Part shown: positions 62,722-64,000 of the stretch, piece after piece
Layout: each line of letters begins with the position of its first letter
Position numbering within the stretch: position 1 is the first letter of the stretch
DNA from: Negaprion brevirostris
Taxonomy: Eukaryota
Direction: 5' to 3'
Assembly (NCBI GenBank): GCA_030324005.1
Contig: JARDVH010000115.1
Location: forward strand, 3,694,232 to 3,758,231
DNA length: 64,000 bases
Notes under the pieces: generated by a model
The model's input: only the letters and a program-made list of their open reading frames with translations
Database searches by the model: none
What the model was told of the DNA's origin: nothing
Translations under genes and position numbers: made by a program

Positions 62722-64000
62722 CTGAGAGGGAAAAAAAACATTGGCTTTACTGGGTTAGAAGTGAAGAAGAAATAGGATGCATAATCAAGCCCAAAATATA
62801 GCACCTGTACTCTGGATACCATACAACTGATTTACGCTACATTAGGGAAAACGTCAATATAAATTCTACATGTAATTGCTGAAATGATAGAAATGCAACA
62901 TATAAATATTGTGGATTTTGCATGTTTTTATATATTCTGTATCTGTTGACACTGTGTTGATAATGTACTTGTGGATACCATTGCTTTATTTACAGATACT
63001 ATATAATTAAACACTGTGTAGATGTATTATATCTGTTCATCAAAATGTTGATGTTCTGCATCTCACGACTGTACCTGGAGGTTTCTCTTTTGCTGGTCCA
63101 AATGGTCAAATGGCTGATCCTGCTGAAATTGATGCTCACTGCTGTATTACTGTAGATACTGTACATATATGCCATGTACATGTAGGTTTTACATGCAGGA
63201 ACTGGGCATGCCAATGTTGTACTTATAGTTAATGCACAATTTTTTAAAAATCATTCACAGAAGGTGCCATGGCCAATATTCATTTTCTATCCCTAATTTC
63301 ACCCGAGGTGGTAGTGATGAGACATCTTTTTGAACTGTGGATGAATTGTCACAAGGTTGTTAGGCCGGGATTTCCGCTGTCATTCTTTTCAGGCAGATTA
63401 GTGACAGGAACGAAAAATCATTCAAGAGGCTAGTTGGAAGTCTCATTATGATAGTCCTCACCTCCCACCAGTAATGTAATGGTCAACGTCCCAACGTTCA
63501 ACGTCAAGAACACCATTATAATAAATTTCAATCTCATTATTAAGTCTCTACACCTTATCATTCCACCACCCCACCCAACACCCCCCAGTTAGATAATCCA
63601 TTCACATCACACAAAGCACGCTGGTGTGAATTAAGTCTGGTCTCCCAAGTGTGGCCAGCAGACCTCCCAGCAGAGCTCAGGTGAAATTATCATTCAAGAG
63701 GAGAGAGTCACGCCTAGGCATTGCCCCCTGGCAAGACAGTGACAGGTATCAGTGCCCAAGTAGTGTCAGGTGACAATGCCTGGGCAGAACTGGGCTAATG
63801 TCAGAGAGGTTTGAATATGGGTGGGTGCAGGCTGGGAGTTCCATTTAAGTTTTTGTGCACCAGGGTGGTCTTTAAAAATGGCGCGCCAAGCTTTATAAAA
63901 CTAATTTGCTGTTGGCGTGGCCTCTGCCAAGGCGACATTGAGTGACATAACCTTTTGAATTTTTTTCCCTAACTTACTAGCGATCATAGAATCCCTCCAG

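Overview
Vertebrate draft genomic DNA with many N gaps. It is almost certainly a shark or other cartilaginous fish, judging by HE1-type V-SINEs, CR1/HER1-type LINE tails, Rex-Babar and LF-SINE-like copies. Most of the window is decayed transposable elements: CR1, Rex-Babar, RTE, L2, one L1/Tx1-type LINE, two Ty3/Gypsy relics, solo LTRs and a hAT Charlie/Buster relic. Three host genes are visible. (1) The first coding exon of an NNMT/INMT-family methyltransferase (- strand, 3844-3998), with an apparent +1 slip in an A run. (2) An intact single-exon B2-like bradykinin receptor ORF (+ strand, 21988-23073) that has lost both acidic kinin-anchoring residues. (3) The 3' part of an unrecognised multi-exon - strand gene (exons near 62.7, 60.8-62.2, 51.7 and 47.4 kb) encoding a coiled-coil segment, a Gln/His/Cys/Trp-rich degenerate 19-aa repeat and a basic tail. 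Family assignments come from motif recognition and recall, not from database searches.
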